NCBI GenBank assembly: GCA_964421995.1
Contig: CAYQYW010000005.1
Span: 2,203-66,202 of the forward strand
Direction: 5' to 3'
DNA from: an uncultured Candidatus Saccharibacteria bacterium
GTDB taxonomy: Bacteria > Patescibacteriota > Minisyncoccia > Phycocordibacterales > CAYQYW01
DNA: 64,000 bases
The position numbers were made by a program, and so were the translations under genes. Shown in pieces: positions 1 through 10,677 of this stretch (the stretch's first letter is position 1; the number at the start of each line of letters is the position of its first letter). Below the pieces are notes generated by a model. It did no database searches, was not told the origin of the DNA, and saw nothing but the letters and a program-made list of their open reading frames with translations.

Positions 1-319
1 CTCCCATACCACCGGCAAGAAATATCATGTCTGATCCTTTCAGAGAATCCATGATTTCTTCTTGTGTCTCTGCAGCAGCACGTTTTCCAATAGTTGGATC
101 TCCTCCTGCTCCAAGTCCTCGTGTTAGATTTTTACCAATGTGAATTTTCTTTTTTGCATTTGAATTATGTAAATCCTGTGCATCTGTATTAATTACAATA
201 AACTCTACTCCTTTCACTTTAGAGTCGATCATGTGATTTACTGCGTTTTTTCCTGAACCTCCTACTCCAACAACACGTATTCGAGCAAAAGCTTCGACGT
301 CTGGTTTAACCTGCTTCAT
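1..319 (-). CDS. ftsZ: Cell division GTPase FtsZ, N-terminal part; the gene runs off the window start
   Basis: Reverse translation of 1-319 gives MKQVKPDVEAFARIRVVGVGGSGKNAVNHM...GLGAGGDPTIGKRAAAETQEEI, the tubulin/FtsZ GTP-binding signature GGGTGTG-like. Sits downstream of ftsA on the same strand. Confidence 0.88.
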   Translation of the reverse strand, partial: MKQVKPDVEAFARIRVVGVGGSGKNAVNHMIDSKVKGVEFIVINTDAQDLHNSNAKKKIHIGKNLTRGLGAGGDPTIGKRAAAETQEEIMDSLKGSDMIFLAGGMG

Positions 320-405
320 GAAATTTTCCAATTACCTCGTTAATAATCGTGTGTATATAGTATCAATCTGAAGGATAAAAGAAAAGATCTTGACTTTAGT
401 CCTAA

Positions 406-1572
406 CTATGGCAAAAATTGCTTAATAATAGATATGAGCGTGCTTTGTGCACGCCGTGCTACTGACAGACCAGGGGATTCCTGGTCTGCAGAAAACCCAA
501 AAATACATAGGCCATAAGCCACCGCCCATGATGCGTCTTTTACTTTTGGATCCTGCTTCCACTTAAGCCTCGATTTCTTTGATGGAAGTTTTAGAATACC
601 TCTTGCTAAATCCTCGATGGTGGCAATGCCTGAACTTCCTCCGGTAATGATGATTCCGGCGGGAAGCAACCCATTCTTTCCAATTCGTTTTAGATGCGCT
701 TCTATCAAATCAAACATTGTAGACAATCGAGCCATGATTATCTTGTCTAACTTATCATTTGGGTAGCTTCTGCTGCTATATTTCCCAATTTTAATATCCT
801 CAGCCTCACTCAATGAAACTTGAAGACCGAGTGCAATGTCATTTGTAATATTAGTACCGCCAATAGGGAACACCTTCACTGAAATGGGTACGTTGTTTTC
901 AAAGACTGCAATTGATACCGTTTCGGCTCCAATGTTTGCAAGAAGCACACCAGCAGTTTTCTGTGCTTTGGTAAGTGTTACAAATGAGGCAGCGATGGGG
1001 GAGGCCATCACATCAAGTACATCAACCCCAATGCTTTCAATCACTGAAATTAAATCTTGGATATGCTGTTCAATGGCAACAACGAATAGGGTCTCCACTT
1101 CAAGTTTGTTGCCCTTCATTCCCTGAGGTCGTCCGAGTACTTTTTCTCCATCTATTTTGTATTGAATAGGAATGGCATGAATGACTTTTCTATTAATGAT
1201 TTTTGAGACAACTTTTTCTTCGCTATCTTTTACTGCCTTTTCAATATCTAAATTAGTAATCTCGGTATCTGCTCGAGATACAATTGCTTCTCCCTTGGAA
1301 CGAATTTCTTCGAGCCCTACGCCGCCAATCGCTAAGTATGCTTTTCGTATAGAAACACCACTTGATTCTTCTGCTTGGCGTATTGCCTCGGTAATACTCT
1401 TTGTTGCGTCAATGGTGTTGACGATGTATCCATGTCGAAGACCTTTTGAGACTACATACCCCGTTCCGAGAATATTTGGGATACTTGTTTTTATACTCTT
1501 ATTGCGTTCTGAAACAACAATTTTAATTTGATTCGTCCCAACATCTATTCCTACTGTTATATTTTTTGACAT
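406..1572 (-). CDS. ftsA: Cell division protein FtsA (actin-like ATPase)
   Basis: 388 aa. N-terminal GIDVGTNQIKIVV sugar-kinase/actin fold motif. Canonical ftsA-ftsZ gene order. Confidence 0.9.
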   Translation of the reverse strand: MSKNITVGIDVGTNQIKIVVSERNKSIKTSIPNILGTGYVVSKGLRHGYIVNTIDATKSITEAIRQAEESSGVSIRKAYLAIGGVGLEEIRSKGEAIVSRADTEITNLDIEKAVKDSEEKVVSKIINRKVIHAIPIQYKIDGEKVLGRPQGMKGNKLEVETLFVVAIEQHIQDLISVIESIGVDVLDVMASPIAASFVTLTKAQKTAGVLLANIGAETVSIAVFENNVPISVKVFPIGGTNITNDIALGLQVSLSEAEDIKIGKYSSRSYPNDKLDKIIMARLSTMFDLIEAHLKRIGKNGLLPAGIIITGGSSGIATIEDLARGILKLPSKKSRLKWKQDPKVKDASWAVAYGLCIFGFSADQESPGLSVARRAQSTLISIIKQFLP

Positions 1573-1630
1573 ATAGTATTACAAAATTCACAACAACGTT
1601 ATATGTTGTGTTCACCCTTCTCGATTCGTA

Positions 1631-2026
1631 TTATCGGTCTGGATATTTAAAATCAAACAACTTGCAAAGTCGTTTCTCTTCTCTTTCCATTGTACTACCG
1701 TGGTCATGTCCTTTCAAATGGAGTAATCCGTGGATAAACATAAACGCGGTAAGATTTTTAGTATTTAACCCAAATAGTTTTCGTTCCCGCTCAATCGCCC
1801 TTGTGTTAATAAAAAGTTCACCGTTCGCATCATCAAGAGGAAAGCTGAGTACGTCAGTTGGCGTATCCTTACCCCGATACTCTTTATTAAGCCTTCGTGA
1901 TCGCTTGTCTCCAATAAAAGCAACACTCAAAAGGTATTTTTTTCCAAGTACTTCATTTTTCATTAACTGAAAAGGCAAGTTTGGTAACTTGCCTTTTGTG
2001 GTGCTCATTATATCAACGGTGTTCAT
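1631..2026 (-). CDS. ybeY: Endoribonuclease YbeY (rRNA maturation factor)
   Basis: 131 aa with HGLLHLKGHDH zinc-binding motif (HxxxHxxGxxH) typical of UPF0054/YbeY. Confidence 0.85.
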   Translation of the reverse strand: MNTVDIMSTTKGKLPNLPFQLMKNEVLGKKYLLSVAFIGDKRSRRLNKEYRGKDTPTDVLSFPLDDANGELFINTRAIERERKLFGLNTKNLTAFMFIHGLLHLKGHDHGSTMEREEKRLCKLFDFKYPDR

Positions 2027-2268
2027 TATCTCCTTCCGTAAGTTTTTTCAGGTATTTTACCAAGTTTTGCATCTCGTTCGTACTCTACCTTCTTTTGAAG
2101 TGACTGTAATGTCTGTTTTTTCTGAACGTAGGCAGATAGTTTTCGTTGGTGGTATCGAATTGCTCGCACACGACGAAGTACCCCAGAACCTTTCATTCGC
2201 TTGGTAAATCGACGAATCGTGTTCGTTGAACTTTCGTTATTTGTCTTGGTTACTGATGCATTTATCAT
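2026..2268 (-). CDS. rpsU: 30S ribosomal protein S21
   Basis: 80 aa, highly basic. NESSTNTIRRFTKRMKGSGVLRRVRAIRYHQRK aligns with the S21 core NExFExALRRFKR..GIL.EVRRR.HYEKPS. Confidence 0.55.
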   Translation of the reverse strand: MINASVTKTNNESSTNTIRRFTKRMKGSGVLRRVRAIRYHQRKLSAYVQKKQTLQSLQKKVEYERDAKLGKIPEKTYGRR

Positions 2269-2307
2269 AACGAAAGAATAATACCATATATTGTATAGCG
2301 ATACAAA

Positions 2308-3438
2308 CTATTTAAGGTAGTTTGGAAGGTCAGCAATCGGCACAATCTCTTGAGCTCTGGTGTCTATATTTCGAACAATAACAGTTCCCTCATTAGCCTC
2401 TTTTTGTCCCATAATCACAATTCGCTTGATTTTCTGCTCTTCTGCGTGTTCAATTTGCCTTGATAGCTGATCAGTGCCTACCATTTGAGATAGAGGAATA
2501 TGTGCTTTGTGGAGCACTTCAATTACGTTAAGTCCTTTTCTTTTTGCATCGGGTCCGATTGATATAAAAAAGACTTTTGGCTTTCGGTGACGCGGTGTAA
2601 CCATTTTCTCTTCTCGATTCCGGTTAATTATAAAGGTGATGCCCACTGCTGGTGCTGTCACCTTAAATACTTTCCTTGAAAATTCATCATATCGTCCACC
2701 ACGCGCTAACACGGTCTGTTCATCATTATTCTCCCGTATTTCAAATAAAGTATGACGATAACACTCTCGATTCCCCATAACGGTGTTATCAATTTCATAG
2801 GGTGTTTCAAGTGCTTCTAAATATTCTAGTACTTCTCTGAAGTACCGTCGATTATCCTTTGATAGAAACTCAATTGAGCGAGGTGCATCATCAGACAGTT
2901 CAAGTTTTCTCTTCTGGATATACTCTAGCGCACTAATAGGATTGTTTTTGAACGCAACCTGTCCTACTGGAGGAATGTCGTTAATGTTTTTGCGTAGATA
3001 ATTATTGAGTTCCTTATTAAATTTAAATGAAGAATCTGCATCCCCCAAACTATTTACGTGAATACGATAATTGTACATTCCCATTTCATCTAATATTGTC
3101 CCCGCTGTCTTAATGAGTAGTGCCTCGGCAATACTTTGGCGTGTCCCTATGATACCAAGACAAAACGTAAGTGTTTTGTTTGACACATTGGCATGATAAA
3201 GCATTGTTGGATTTTCTTCATTTACGACATTGTACTCCAAACATTTTTTTATCGTCCTAATAAACTCTCCCCCCTGAGAATCAATCTTTCGATATTTTAC
3301 GTTAACGGGGAATTTTCCACCGTTTTTTTTTCTATTAGCCAGCAGTGCTTTGAGCGAAGTAAATCCATAATCATTTGAAACATTGATTGCTTTCCTGTAG
3401 AAGTCTCCCGCTAAAAAAGGTTGTGGTGCTGTTTTCAT
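2308..3438 (-). CDS. hisS: Histidyl-tRNA synthetase-like class II aaRS (divergent N-terminus)
   Basis: 376 aa. LARGGRYDEF matches the HisRS motif 3 GGRYD. IHVNSLGDADS matches the HisRS LELNSLG region. C-terminal anticodon-binding-like domain present. Motifs 1 and 2 are poorly conserved. Confidence 0.5.
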   Translation of the reverse strand: MKTAPQPFLAGDFYRKAINVSNDYGFTSLKALLANRKKNGGKFPVNVKYRKIDSQGGEFIRTIKKCLEYNVVNEENPTMLYHANVSNKTLTFCLGIIGTRQSIAEALLIKTAGTILDEMGMYNYRIHVNSLGDADSSFKFNKELNNYLRKNINDIPPVGQVAFKNNPISALEYIQKRKLELSDDAPRSIEFLSKDNRRYFREVLEYLEALETPYEIDNTVMGNRECYRHTLFEIRENNDEQTVLARGGRYDEFSRKVFKVTAPAVGITFIINRNREEKMVTPRHRKPKVFFISIGPDAKRKGLNVIEVLHKAHIPLSQMVGTDQLSRQIEHAEEQKIKRIVIMGQKEANEGTVIVRNIDTRAQEIVPIADLPNYLK

Positions 3439-3989
3439 ATTTTTCCTGGCAATAATCCTAATTGAGTAACGGGAAGCACTCGGACAAGAGCTCTTCCAAT
3501 GATTAAGTCTTTTTTAAGAGGTCCCCACAGTCGTGAATCTGCACTTGCACGTCGGTTGTCTCCCATGACAAAGTACTCATCGTTTCTAAGGATGACTGTT
3601 ACCGTATCGGGGCGGGCGTTTTCAGGCACTACGTATAGCTCATCTAGAATAATAGCTTCCGTGCTGTCTCTAGTACGTATTGATACGGTAGATCCCTTTA
3701 TTTCCACAATTTCTCCGGGTAATCCAATGATTCGTTTGATGAAAAATTTAGATTCATCTTGTGGAAATTTGAAAATAATTACATCCCCCCGTATCGGTTC
3801 TTCAAATCGATAGGTTACTTGGTCAATGATGAGGTACTGGCCAGTTTCAAAAGTGGGAGACATTGATGCGCCACTCACAACGAATGGTTGCGCAATAAAC
3901 ATTCGAAAGGGAACAACAATTAGTATGGCGATAAGAGCAAACTTTAAAATTTCTTTTACAAAACTTTCTCTATCTTCGTTCATGTGCAT
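3435..3989 (-). CDS. lepB: Signal peptidase I (S26 family)
   Basis: VSGASMSPTF (catalytic Ser box), KRIIGLPGE, GDNRRASADSRLWGP boxes. One N-terminal TM helix. Start moved to internal MHMNE (3989/3983) because the upstream extension in the ORF track looks non-coding. Confidence 0.85.
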   Translation of the reverse strand: MHMNEDRESFVKEILKFALIAILIVVPFRMFIAQPFVVSGASMSPTFETGQYLIIDQVTYRFEEPIRGDVIIFKFPQDESKFFIKRIIGLPGEIVEIKGSTVSIRTRDSTEAIILDELYVVPENARPDTVTVILRNDEYFVMGDNRRASADSRLWGPLKKDLIIGRALVRVLPVTQLGLLPGKI

Positions 3990-4046
3990 ACAGTTTATTA
4001 TAAAAAATCGTTTGACACAATATTTTCTTTCGTGTTGTATCTTGGT

Positions 4047-4748
4047 ATGAAAGAAAAAATTAAAAACAGAGACGGAAAAAATATTTCTGTTGTCATTGAA
4101 GAAAACAAAAATCAAACAGGTCTTGTGTTTTTAGTTCATGGACTTGGTGGGTGTAAGGAGCAAAAGTTTTTAGAAGAATCAAAGAAAAATTTGTACGCGC
4201 TTGGTTACTCGGTCGTGTGCTATGATTCTACCAACACGTTTGGAGAGAGTGATGGAGAATTTGAATGTGCATTAACCACACAGTATCTTCATGATTTAGA
4301 AGATGTGATTCTGTGGAGTAAGGATAAGGAGTGGTATCAACCATTTTTACTTGTTGGACATAGTTTAGGTGGATTGATTATTTCAAGATACGCAGAACAT
4401 AATCAAGTTGAGGAAGTGGTGGTACTCAATCCTGCAATCTTTGGGAGACAAGAAAACAAAAAATGCTTTACTACAATGACAAATCCATTAACCGGTAAGG
4501 TACATTACCTCAATAAAGATTTTGTTGAAGATTACGTACAATATGATCTCGTGCTCTCAATGAACGCACTTGCTATCAGAAAGGTAGTTATTTGTGGAGA
4601 TAAGGACTATTCTAAAAATAAAGAGCGGTATGATGAAATTCAATGCGAGCTTATTATACTAAAAGATTCAGGACATAATTTTAATGGAAAAGAGGAGGAA
4701 GTTGGTCGAAGTGTTGGTTCTTGGGTACAGGAGAACATGATAGAATAG
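4047..4748 (+). CDS. Alpha/beta-fold hydrolase
   Basis: GHSLGG nucleophile-elbow motif and HG oxyanion motif (LVHGLGG). Start taken at internal MKEKIK (4047). Confidence 0.6.
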   Translation: MKEKIKNRDGKNISVVIEENKNQTGLVFLVHGLGGCKEQKFLEESKKNLYALGYSVVCYDSTNTFGESDGEFECALTTQYLHDLEDVILWSKDKEWYQPFLLVGHSLGGLIISRYAEHNQVEEVVVLNPAIFGRQENKKCFTTMTNPLTGKVHYLNKDFVEDYVQYDLVLSMNALAIRKVVICGDKDYSKNKERYDEIQCELIILKDSGHNFNGKEEEVGRSVGSWVQENMIE

Positions 4749-4752
4749 TGAC

Positions 4753-5328
4753 ATGTATTACATTGTAGGACTTGGAAATCCAGGAAAGGAGTATGAAAAT
4801 ACGAGACACAATGCGGGACGCATTATAGTAGAAGATATTGCCAAACATTTCAATTTTCCGCTATTTGAAAAAGATAACTATATGAACGCTGATGTTTCGG
4901 TGGGAGTTATTGAGAAGAAAAAAGTAACACTTATCCTTCCAAATACCTTTATGAACAAATCAGGAAATTCTGTTAAAGGGATTAAGAAAGCTGAGAATAT
5001 AATTGTGGTTTACGACGACATTGATTTACCACTCACTAAATTTAGAATTGCATATAACAGAAGTTCAGGAGGCCACAATGGAATTGAGTCAATAATTAAG
5101 TCTTTAAAAACAAAAGAGTTTGTTCGTGTTCGTGTTGGAATAACTCCAACCACTCCGCTTGGGAAGTTAAGGAAGCCACGTGGGGAGGGTACTGTATTAG
5201 ATTTTTTAATGGGGAACTTCAAGAAATCAGAAATGCTAGTTTTTAAAAAGACGTCAAAAAATCTCAGAGAAGTACTTGCACGTATTTTGACTGACGGAAG
5301 AGTTGTGGCGATGAACGAGTTTAACTAG
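4753..5328 (+). CDS. pth: Peptidyl-tRNA hydrolase
   Basis: 191 aa. N-terminal YIVGLGNPGKEYENTRHNAG is the Pth family signature. Confidence 0.9.
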   Translation: MYYIVGLGNPGKEYENTRHNAGRIIVEDIAKHFNFPLFEKDNYMNADVSVGVIEKKKVTLILPNTFMNKSGNSVKGIKKAENIIVVYDDIDLPLTKFRIAYNRSSGGHNGIESIIKSLKTKEFVRVRVGITPTTPLGKLRKPRGEGTVLDFLMGNFKKSEMLVFKKTSKNLREVLARILTDGRVVAMNEFN

Positions 5329-5570
5329 AAGGAAAAAAGAAAAGAGGAAAGTAAATAAAACCCCCGCATTAATTTGTGTGGGTTGTAACTCTATTGACAA
5401 TTTTTTTTTTAAAGCGTTACTGTTGAATAATTATGAAATTAGTATTAGTAGAAGTGCCACCTAAACGTAAAGTTAATAGCGGTCCACAATTAGCAAAGCT
5501 TAATGGCCAAAGGTCTGCTAGAACCCATGGTGAAAGAAGTAACTTAAATAGAATAAAACCGATCAAAAAG

Positions 5571-5602
5571 AAATCCCGCTCGTAATGCGGGATTTATTCT
5601 TT
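5571..5602. terminator. Bidirectional rho-independent terminator between pth and rpsA
   Basis: Stem ATCCCGC / GCGGGAT with a 7-nt loop, flanked by T-runs on both strands. Confidence 0.6.
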
Positions 5603-6764
5603 AGGACTCTTTTTTAAATGACAGGGTCATTCGCTGTTCTTCTGGTTCAAAGAGGGTAATCTTGAACTTGTAGCTCTTTCCAAGTTCAAGATTTTCTCTA
5701 AGATTTTCTTCGTTTTCAAACTCTGATACATGTACCAGACCTGCAACTCCTTCTTCAATGGATACCAGCGCGCCATGTTTGTTGTACTTGATGACTACTC
5801 CACTTACTTCGTCAGCCTTCTTGTACTTGTTACTTGCTTCCTTCCATGGATTGTCTAACAGTGCTTTGATTGAAAGTGAAATTTTTCCATCTTTTATTTC
5901 AATAATCTTAGCATCTATTTGTGTTCCAATGGGGTAGAGTGATTTGGGATCTTCTACGAGTCCCCAATCAATTTCTGAGATATGAACAAGTCCTTCAAGT
6001 CCCTCTTCAATCTTCATAAATAATCCAAATTCTACTGCTCCGGTTACGGTCCCGTGTACGGTGTCTCCGACATTGTACTTGTCTACCATTACTTCCTTTT
6101 CTTTCTGTTCAGGTCCCTTTTCTGAGAAGATAAGCTTACCTTCCTTTGGATCAGCAGTAATGATGATTACTGATATTCTCTCACCAATGAGACTCTTTAG
6201 TTCTTCTTGAATTCTGTCCTTGTCTCCGTCATTTACTCGAGGGTAGTGTTCTGCTTTGAGTTGAGATGCTGGAAGGAATCCCTGAATTCCTTGCCACTCA
6301 ACGATGAGGCCGCCTTTGTTTGCATCTTTTACTAGAACTTCAAATATGGTTTTTGCAAGAATTGCATGTTCCGCCTCAGACCAGATTAATGCTTGTCGCG
6401 CCTCTCTGAGAGACAACTCAGTGTATCCTTCTTCGTTTTCCACCATTACTACCTTGGCAGCAATCGTGTCCCCAACATTTACTTTTCGAAGTACATCACT
6501 TGCACTTAGGTATTCTCGTCCATAGATAATTCCTACTCCATAGGGAGGAAGATCAATAAATATTTTTTGCTTTCCAATGTTTACAACTTTTCCTTCTACC
6601 AGGTCTCCCACAATTGGAGGATTCGCTTGGTCGTGAATTTGAGTTGAAAATTGAGACATTACACTTGTCTCTTCAATTGTTTTTTCAGTCATTATATTTT
6701 TGATAGAGTGTCCACCACTTGTGGGATTAGTCTCTATACTATGTGTTTTGTTAATAAAACCCAT
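5601..6764 (-). CDS. rpsA: 30S ribosomal protein S1 (short, about four S1 domains)
   Basis: Repeated S1 OB-fold motifs (GDLVEGKVVNI..., VGDTIAAKVV..., GDTVHGTVTGA..., GVVIKYNKHGALV...). True start may be an internal Met. Confidence 0.8.
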   Translation of the reverse strand: MGFINKTHSIETNPTSGGHSIKNIMTEKTIEETSVMSQFSTQIHDQANPPIVGDLVEGKVVNIGKQKIFIDLPPYGVGIIYGREYLSASDVLRKVNVGDTIAAKVVMVENEEGYTELSLREARQALIWSEAEHAILAKTIFEVLVKDANKGGLIVEWQGIQGFLPASQLKAEHYPRVNDGDKDRIQEELKSLIGERISVIIITADPKEGKLIFSEKGPEQKEKEVMVDKYNVGDTVHGTVTGAVEFGLFMKIEEGLEGLVHISEIDWGLVEDPKSLYPIGTQIDAKIIEIKDGKISLSIKALLDNPWKEASNKYKKADEVSGVVIKYNKHGALVSIEEGVAGLVHVSEFENEENLRENLELGKSYKFKITLFEPEEQRMTLSFKKES

Positions 6765-6953
6765 CTACTGATGGGCATTAAAATATACCTTATTTTGCAG
6801 TATTTGACAATGGGAGGTAGAGAGTAGTAGGGTCAGAAGAGCATAAAAGCAAAAAAAGAATTGCTTATACCTACATGTGTAATAGATAGTAGAAATTAAA
6901 AAAGACCGTACTGGTCTCTTTTTTTAACTCTCAAACTCTGTTAGAATTGCCGT

Positions 6954-7565
6954 ATGGTAATAACACACTATGGTACCGAATTCTTCAAAGTGACCTTTGG
7001 AGATATTACGCTTGCCTTTAATCCAGTTTCAAAGAAGTCCAAAAACAAAACAACAAGTTTTGGTTCTAATATTGTACTTTCCACCATTAATCATAGAGAC
7101 ATGAACGGAATCGATCAGGTGAGTAGGAATGATAAAATCCCCATTGTAATAAACGGTCCGGGGGAATATGAGGTAAGTAACGTTTTCATTAAAGGTTTTC
7201 AGTCGGAAGGAATTGATGGAATGATTAATACCATTTACCTCGTTACGCTTGAGGGAATGAGCCTCTGTTTCTTAGGAGCGCTTGCTTCAAAGAAGTTACC
7301 TTCAAAAATAAAAGAAGCGATTGATGTAGTAGATGTTCTCTTTGTTCCAATTGGTGGAGAAAAAATGATCACTCCAAGTGACGCAAATCAAATTGCAACA
7401 GAACTTGGTGCAAACATCATTATTCCAATGCATTATGATAAAAAGACATTGGATAAATTTTTGAAGGAAACAGGAAATGAGAAAATACAGGCAGTTGAGA
7501 AGTTAAGTATTAAGAAGAAAGATGTAGATGAGAAAGAAGGAGAAGTTGTAGTGCTTTTGTCATAA
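6954..7565 (+). CDS. Metallo-beta-lactamase-fold metal-dependent hydrolase (COG2220-like)
   Basis: 203 aa. N-terminal HYGTEFFKV..., central and C-terminal His/Asp-rich motifs (HRDMNG, PMHYD) typical of the MBL-fold UlaG-like family. Confidence 0.5.
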   Translation: MVITHYGTEFFKVTFGDITLAFNPVSKKSKNKTTSFGSNIVLSTINHRDMNGIDQVSRNDKIPIVINGPGEYEVSNVFIKGFQSEGIDGMINTIYLVTLEGMSLCFLGALASKKLPSKIKEAIDVVDVLFVPIGGEKMITPSDANQIATELGANIIIPMHYDKKTLDKFLKETGNEKIQAVEKLSIKKKDVDEKEGEVVVLLS

Positions 7566-7768
7566 TGTTTATTTTTTTAGAAAAGTTGCGAAAAAAGTCA
7601 GAAGCTGAAAGAAAAACGTTTGTTTATCTTGCTTCGTTTACGATTACTGGAATCATCTTCTTTATGTGGATTTCGGCTTTTGTGTTTGATGTGAGTGCTC
7701 CAAATGTCACCGTGCCGAAGATAGATTTTTCTATTTTCTCTGGCGTGTTTGATGTGTTTAGGTGGTAG
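7565..7768 (+). CDS. Hypothetical small membrane protein
   Basis: 67 aa ORF with one predicted TM helix (ITGIIFFMWISAFVF). No recognisable family. Confidence 0.25.
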   Translation: MFIFLEKLRKKSEAERKTFVYLASFTITGIIFFMWISAFVFDVSAPNVTVPKIDFSIFSGVFDVFRW

Positions 7769-7972
7769 TTAAGGAATCTTTACTAGGTGTTTTTTATTGA
7801 CGGAAATAGAACCGCCAATTTTTTGATAGAGCCTAACCATATCACCATTTTGCCGGTCGACAATATAGGTGTTGTTTTGCTGAAATTCTGGAAACAAAGC
7901 ATCTTTGGCTTCTTTTGGTAAGTCTGATTTTAGGCGTACCCTATCATTAGATTGAAAACATTCATTTGACAT
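7769..7972 (-). CDS. Hypothetical small protein
   Basis: 67 aa ORF, convergent with the preceding ORF. No recognisable motif. Confidence 0.25.
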   Translation of the reverse strand: MSNECFQSNDRVRLKSDLPKEAKDALFPEFQQNNTYIVDRQNGDMVRLYQKIGGSISVNKKHLVKIP

Positions 7973-8061
7973 TTAGCAATTATAACAAACTTTGTTAGGC
8001 GTTTCAAATGGAGATTTTTTAATGCAAAACTTCACAAAATATGATAAAATACATCTAATAT

Positions 8062-10518
8062 ATGGCAAAGAAAGACGATAAAGAAGTTCCTGTAGAAAGG
8101 AGTAATATTATTCCACAGAGTATTACGGAAGAGATGAAGACCTCATATCTAGACTATGCTATGACTGTGATCGTCTCAAGAGCGCTTCCTGATGTTCGAG
8201 ATGGGCTAAAACCAGTACACAGAAGAATCCTCTATACCATGCAACAGATGGGATTAAACAGTTCCGCTAAGTTTAGAAAATCAGCTGCGGTAGTTGGAAC
8301 TGTACTAGCTCAATATCATCCACATGGGGACACAGCAGTTTATGAATCAATGGTAAAAATGGCACAGAATTTTTCATTTCGATACCCACTTGTGAAAGGA
8401 CAGGGAAATTTTGGATCAATAGACGGTGACTCAGCTGCGGCGATGCGATATACCGAAGCAAAGATGTCGAAACTTTCTTCTGAGCTTCTTCAAGATTTAG
8501 AAAAGGATACGGTAAATTGGAGTCCAAATTATGACAATACAAGAAAAGAACCACAGGTATTTCCTGCAAAAATTCCTAACGTTCTATTAAATGGAACACT
8601 TGGGATTGCGGTGGGAATGGCAACCAACATTCCACCGAATAATATTTCAGAACTTTGTGGAGCAACTATTCATCTTCTGGAGAATGAGGACGCTACCATG
8701 GAAGATCTATTTGAATATATAAAAGGACCTGACTTTCCAACAGGAGGTATTATTTTTAGTGAAAAGGATATTCACCAGGCCTACTCACATGGGAGAGGAG
8801 GTATTGTCACTCGAGGAGAAGCTGAAATTGTTGAAGACAAGAAGGGGAACTTTACTATTGTGATTACTTCAATTCCATATCGAGTGAATCGGGCAGATAT
8901 GATCATTAAGATCGCAAATCTTGTTCGCGACAAAAAGTTAGAGGGAATTAAAGACCTTCGAGACGAATCAACGGTAGACACGCGAATTGTTATTGAATTA
9001 AAGGGCACCGCACATCCCCAGAACGTATTAAATTATATCTACAAGCACACACAGCTAGAGGATACTTTCCATGTAAACATGGTGGCATTAGTTGACGGTG
9101 TACCACAGACACTCTCCGTGAAGCGGATTCTTGAAGAGTTTATTAAACATCGAAAGACCGTCATTAAACGGCGTACGGAGTTTGACCTCAGGAAAGCAGA
9201 AGACAGAGAGCACATCCTTCTTGGTCTCAAAATTGCACTTGATAAGATTGACCTTATCATCAAAGCTATCCGAGCTTCAAAAGATGCACCTGAAGCGCAC
9301 GCAGTCTTGATGAAGAAGTTTACATTCTCAGATCGACAAGCGACCGCAATCCTCGAAATGAAACTGCAGAAACTTGCTGGACTTGAGCGAAAGAAAATCG
9401 AAGACGAATTAAAAGAAATTCAAAAACTGATTGAATCATTGAAGGCCATTTTGAAGAGCGCTAAAAAAGTAGTTGGTGTCATTGTGAAAGAGTTGCAGGC
9501 AGTTATTACTACCTATGGAGACGAACGAAAGACAAAGGTAATGAAGCGAGGGGTGAAGATGGTTGCTCCGGAGGACCTAATACCCGATGAAGAAAGTATT
9601 CTTGTTCTAACTGAGGGAGGCTATATAAAAAGAACAAATCCAGATGAATACAAGAAGCAGAAGCGTGGGGGTGTTGGTGTTATTGATTTAAATACAAAAG
9701 AAGAGGATGTCGTAACGATGTTTCTGCGAACCAGTTCACACAGTGATCTACTGTTCTTCACGAATAAAGGAAAGGTGTATCAGATCAAAATGTACGACGT
9801 GCCTGAAGCACGCCGTGCAACAAAGGGTAAGTCTATTATGAATTTCCTTTCTTTGTCCTCTGACGAATCGGTAACGTCGGTGCTTGCAATGACGAAGGAG
9901 ATAAAAAAAGAAGATCTTGCTCTCATGATGTTTACCAAACATGGTGTTGCCAAGAAAACAACAGCAGACGCATTCCACGATGTTCGAAGAAGTGGATTAA
10001 TTGCAATCAAATTAAAAGATGGTGATCAGCTCATCAGAGCGCTGTTTGTAGAAAAGGGAGATACAACCATGGTTGCAACAAAGAAGGGACAGTCAATTAG
10101 ATTTAAGGAGGCAGATGTTCGGGAAATGGGACGAGCCGCTTCAGGAGTTACCGCGATTAAACTAAGTGCAGGAGATGAAATTATTGGAGCAGGAGTTTTG
10201 AAGAAGGCACGAAAGAATGAGGAAATTCTTGTTCTTTCAAGTGCTGGATACGGAAAGAAGACAAAATTGAGTGAATACAAAATACAGAATAGAGGAGGTT
10301 CAGGAATTAAGACAATTAATGTAACAGCAAAAACGGGAGATCTTATTGCGATGAGAATTGTGGTAGGAAACGAAGGAGAGTTAGTTGTCGTTTCAAAGAA
10401 AGGACAAGTGATTCGAACTGATCTTTCAGAGATTCCTTCACTTGGTAGATCTACACAAGGGGTAAGGATTATGAAAATGAAAGGAGGGGATAGTATTGCC
10501 TCAACTACACATCTCTAA
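8062..10518 (+). CDS. gyrA: DNA gyrase subunit A
   Basis: 818 aa. [12 protein letters not shown], active-site [16 protein letters not shown]-like beta-pinwheel repeats in the C-terminal domain. Confidence 0.95.
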   Translation: MAKKDDKEVPVERSNIIPQSITEEMKTSYLDYAMTVIVSRALPDVRDGLKPVHRRILYTMQQMGLNSSAKFRKSAAVVGTVLAQYHPHGDTAVYESMVKMAQNFSFRYPLVKGQGNFGSIDGDSAAAMRYTEAKMSKLSSELLQDLEKDTVNWSPNYDNTRKEPQVFPAKIPNVLLNGTLGIAVGMATNIPPNNISELCGATIHLLENEDATMEDLFEYIKGPDFPTGGIIFSEKDIHQAYSHGRGGIVTRGEAEIVEDKKGNFTIVITSIPYRVNRADMIIKIANLVRDKKLEGIKDLRDESTVDTRIVIELKGTAHPQNVLNYIYKHTQLEDTFHVNMVALVDGVPQTLSVKRILEEFIKHRKTVIKRRTEFDLRKAEDREHILLGLKIALDKIDLIIKAIRASKDAPEAHAVLMKKFTFSDRQATAILEMKLQKLAGLERKKIEDELKEIQKLIESLKAILKSAKKVVGVIVKELQAVITTYGDERKTKVMKRGVKMVAPEDLIPDEESILVLTEGGYIKRTNPDEYKKQKRGGVGVIDLNTKEEDVVTMFLRTSSHSDLLFFTNKGKVYQIKMYDVPEARRATKGKSIMNFLSLSSDESVTSVLAMTKEIKKEDLALMMFTKHGVAKKTTADAFHDVRRSGLIAIKLKDGDQLIRALFVEKGDTTMVATKKGQSIRFKEADVREMGRAASGVTAIKLSAGDEIIGAGVLKKARKNEEILVLSSAGYGKKTKLSEYKIQNRGGSGIKTINVTAKTGDLIAMRIVVGNEGELVVVSKKGQVIRTDLSEIPSLGRSTQGVRIMKMKGGDSIASTTHL

Positions 10519-10677
10519 CAGTTAGTCTGAAGAAAAATTTAAATTACCATTTCTTAGAATAGTACCGAAGACAAACAGACTATATACGAATGAAGTTGTT
10601 AATGAAAGAGATAAGCCTAAAACCACTTGGTTGCGTTTGCTGTGGGTTTTTGTCTATGCCAATACACTGGTATACTA

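Noticed and set aside
5433-5585. 51-codon ORF (MKLVLVEVPPKRKVNSGPQLAKLNGQRSARTHGERSNLNRIKPIKKKSRS) in the pth-rpsA intergenic region
   Set aside because: It has no recognisable family, its 3' end runs into the bidirectional terminator hairpin, and it has no SD-like sequence. Most likely noncoding spacer.
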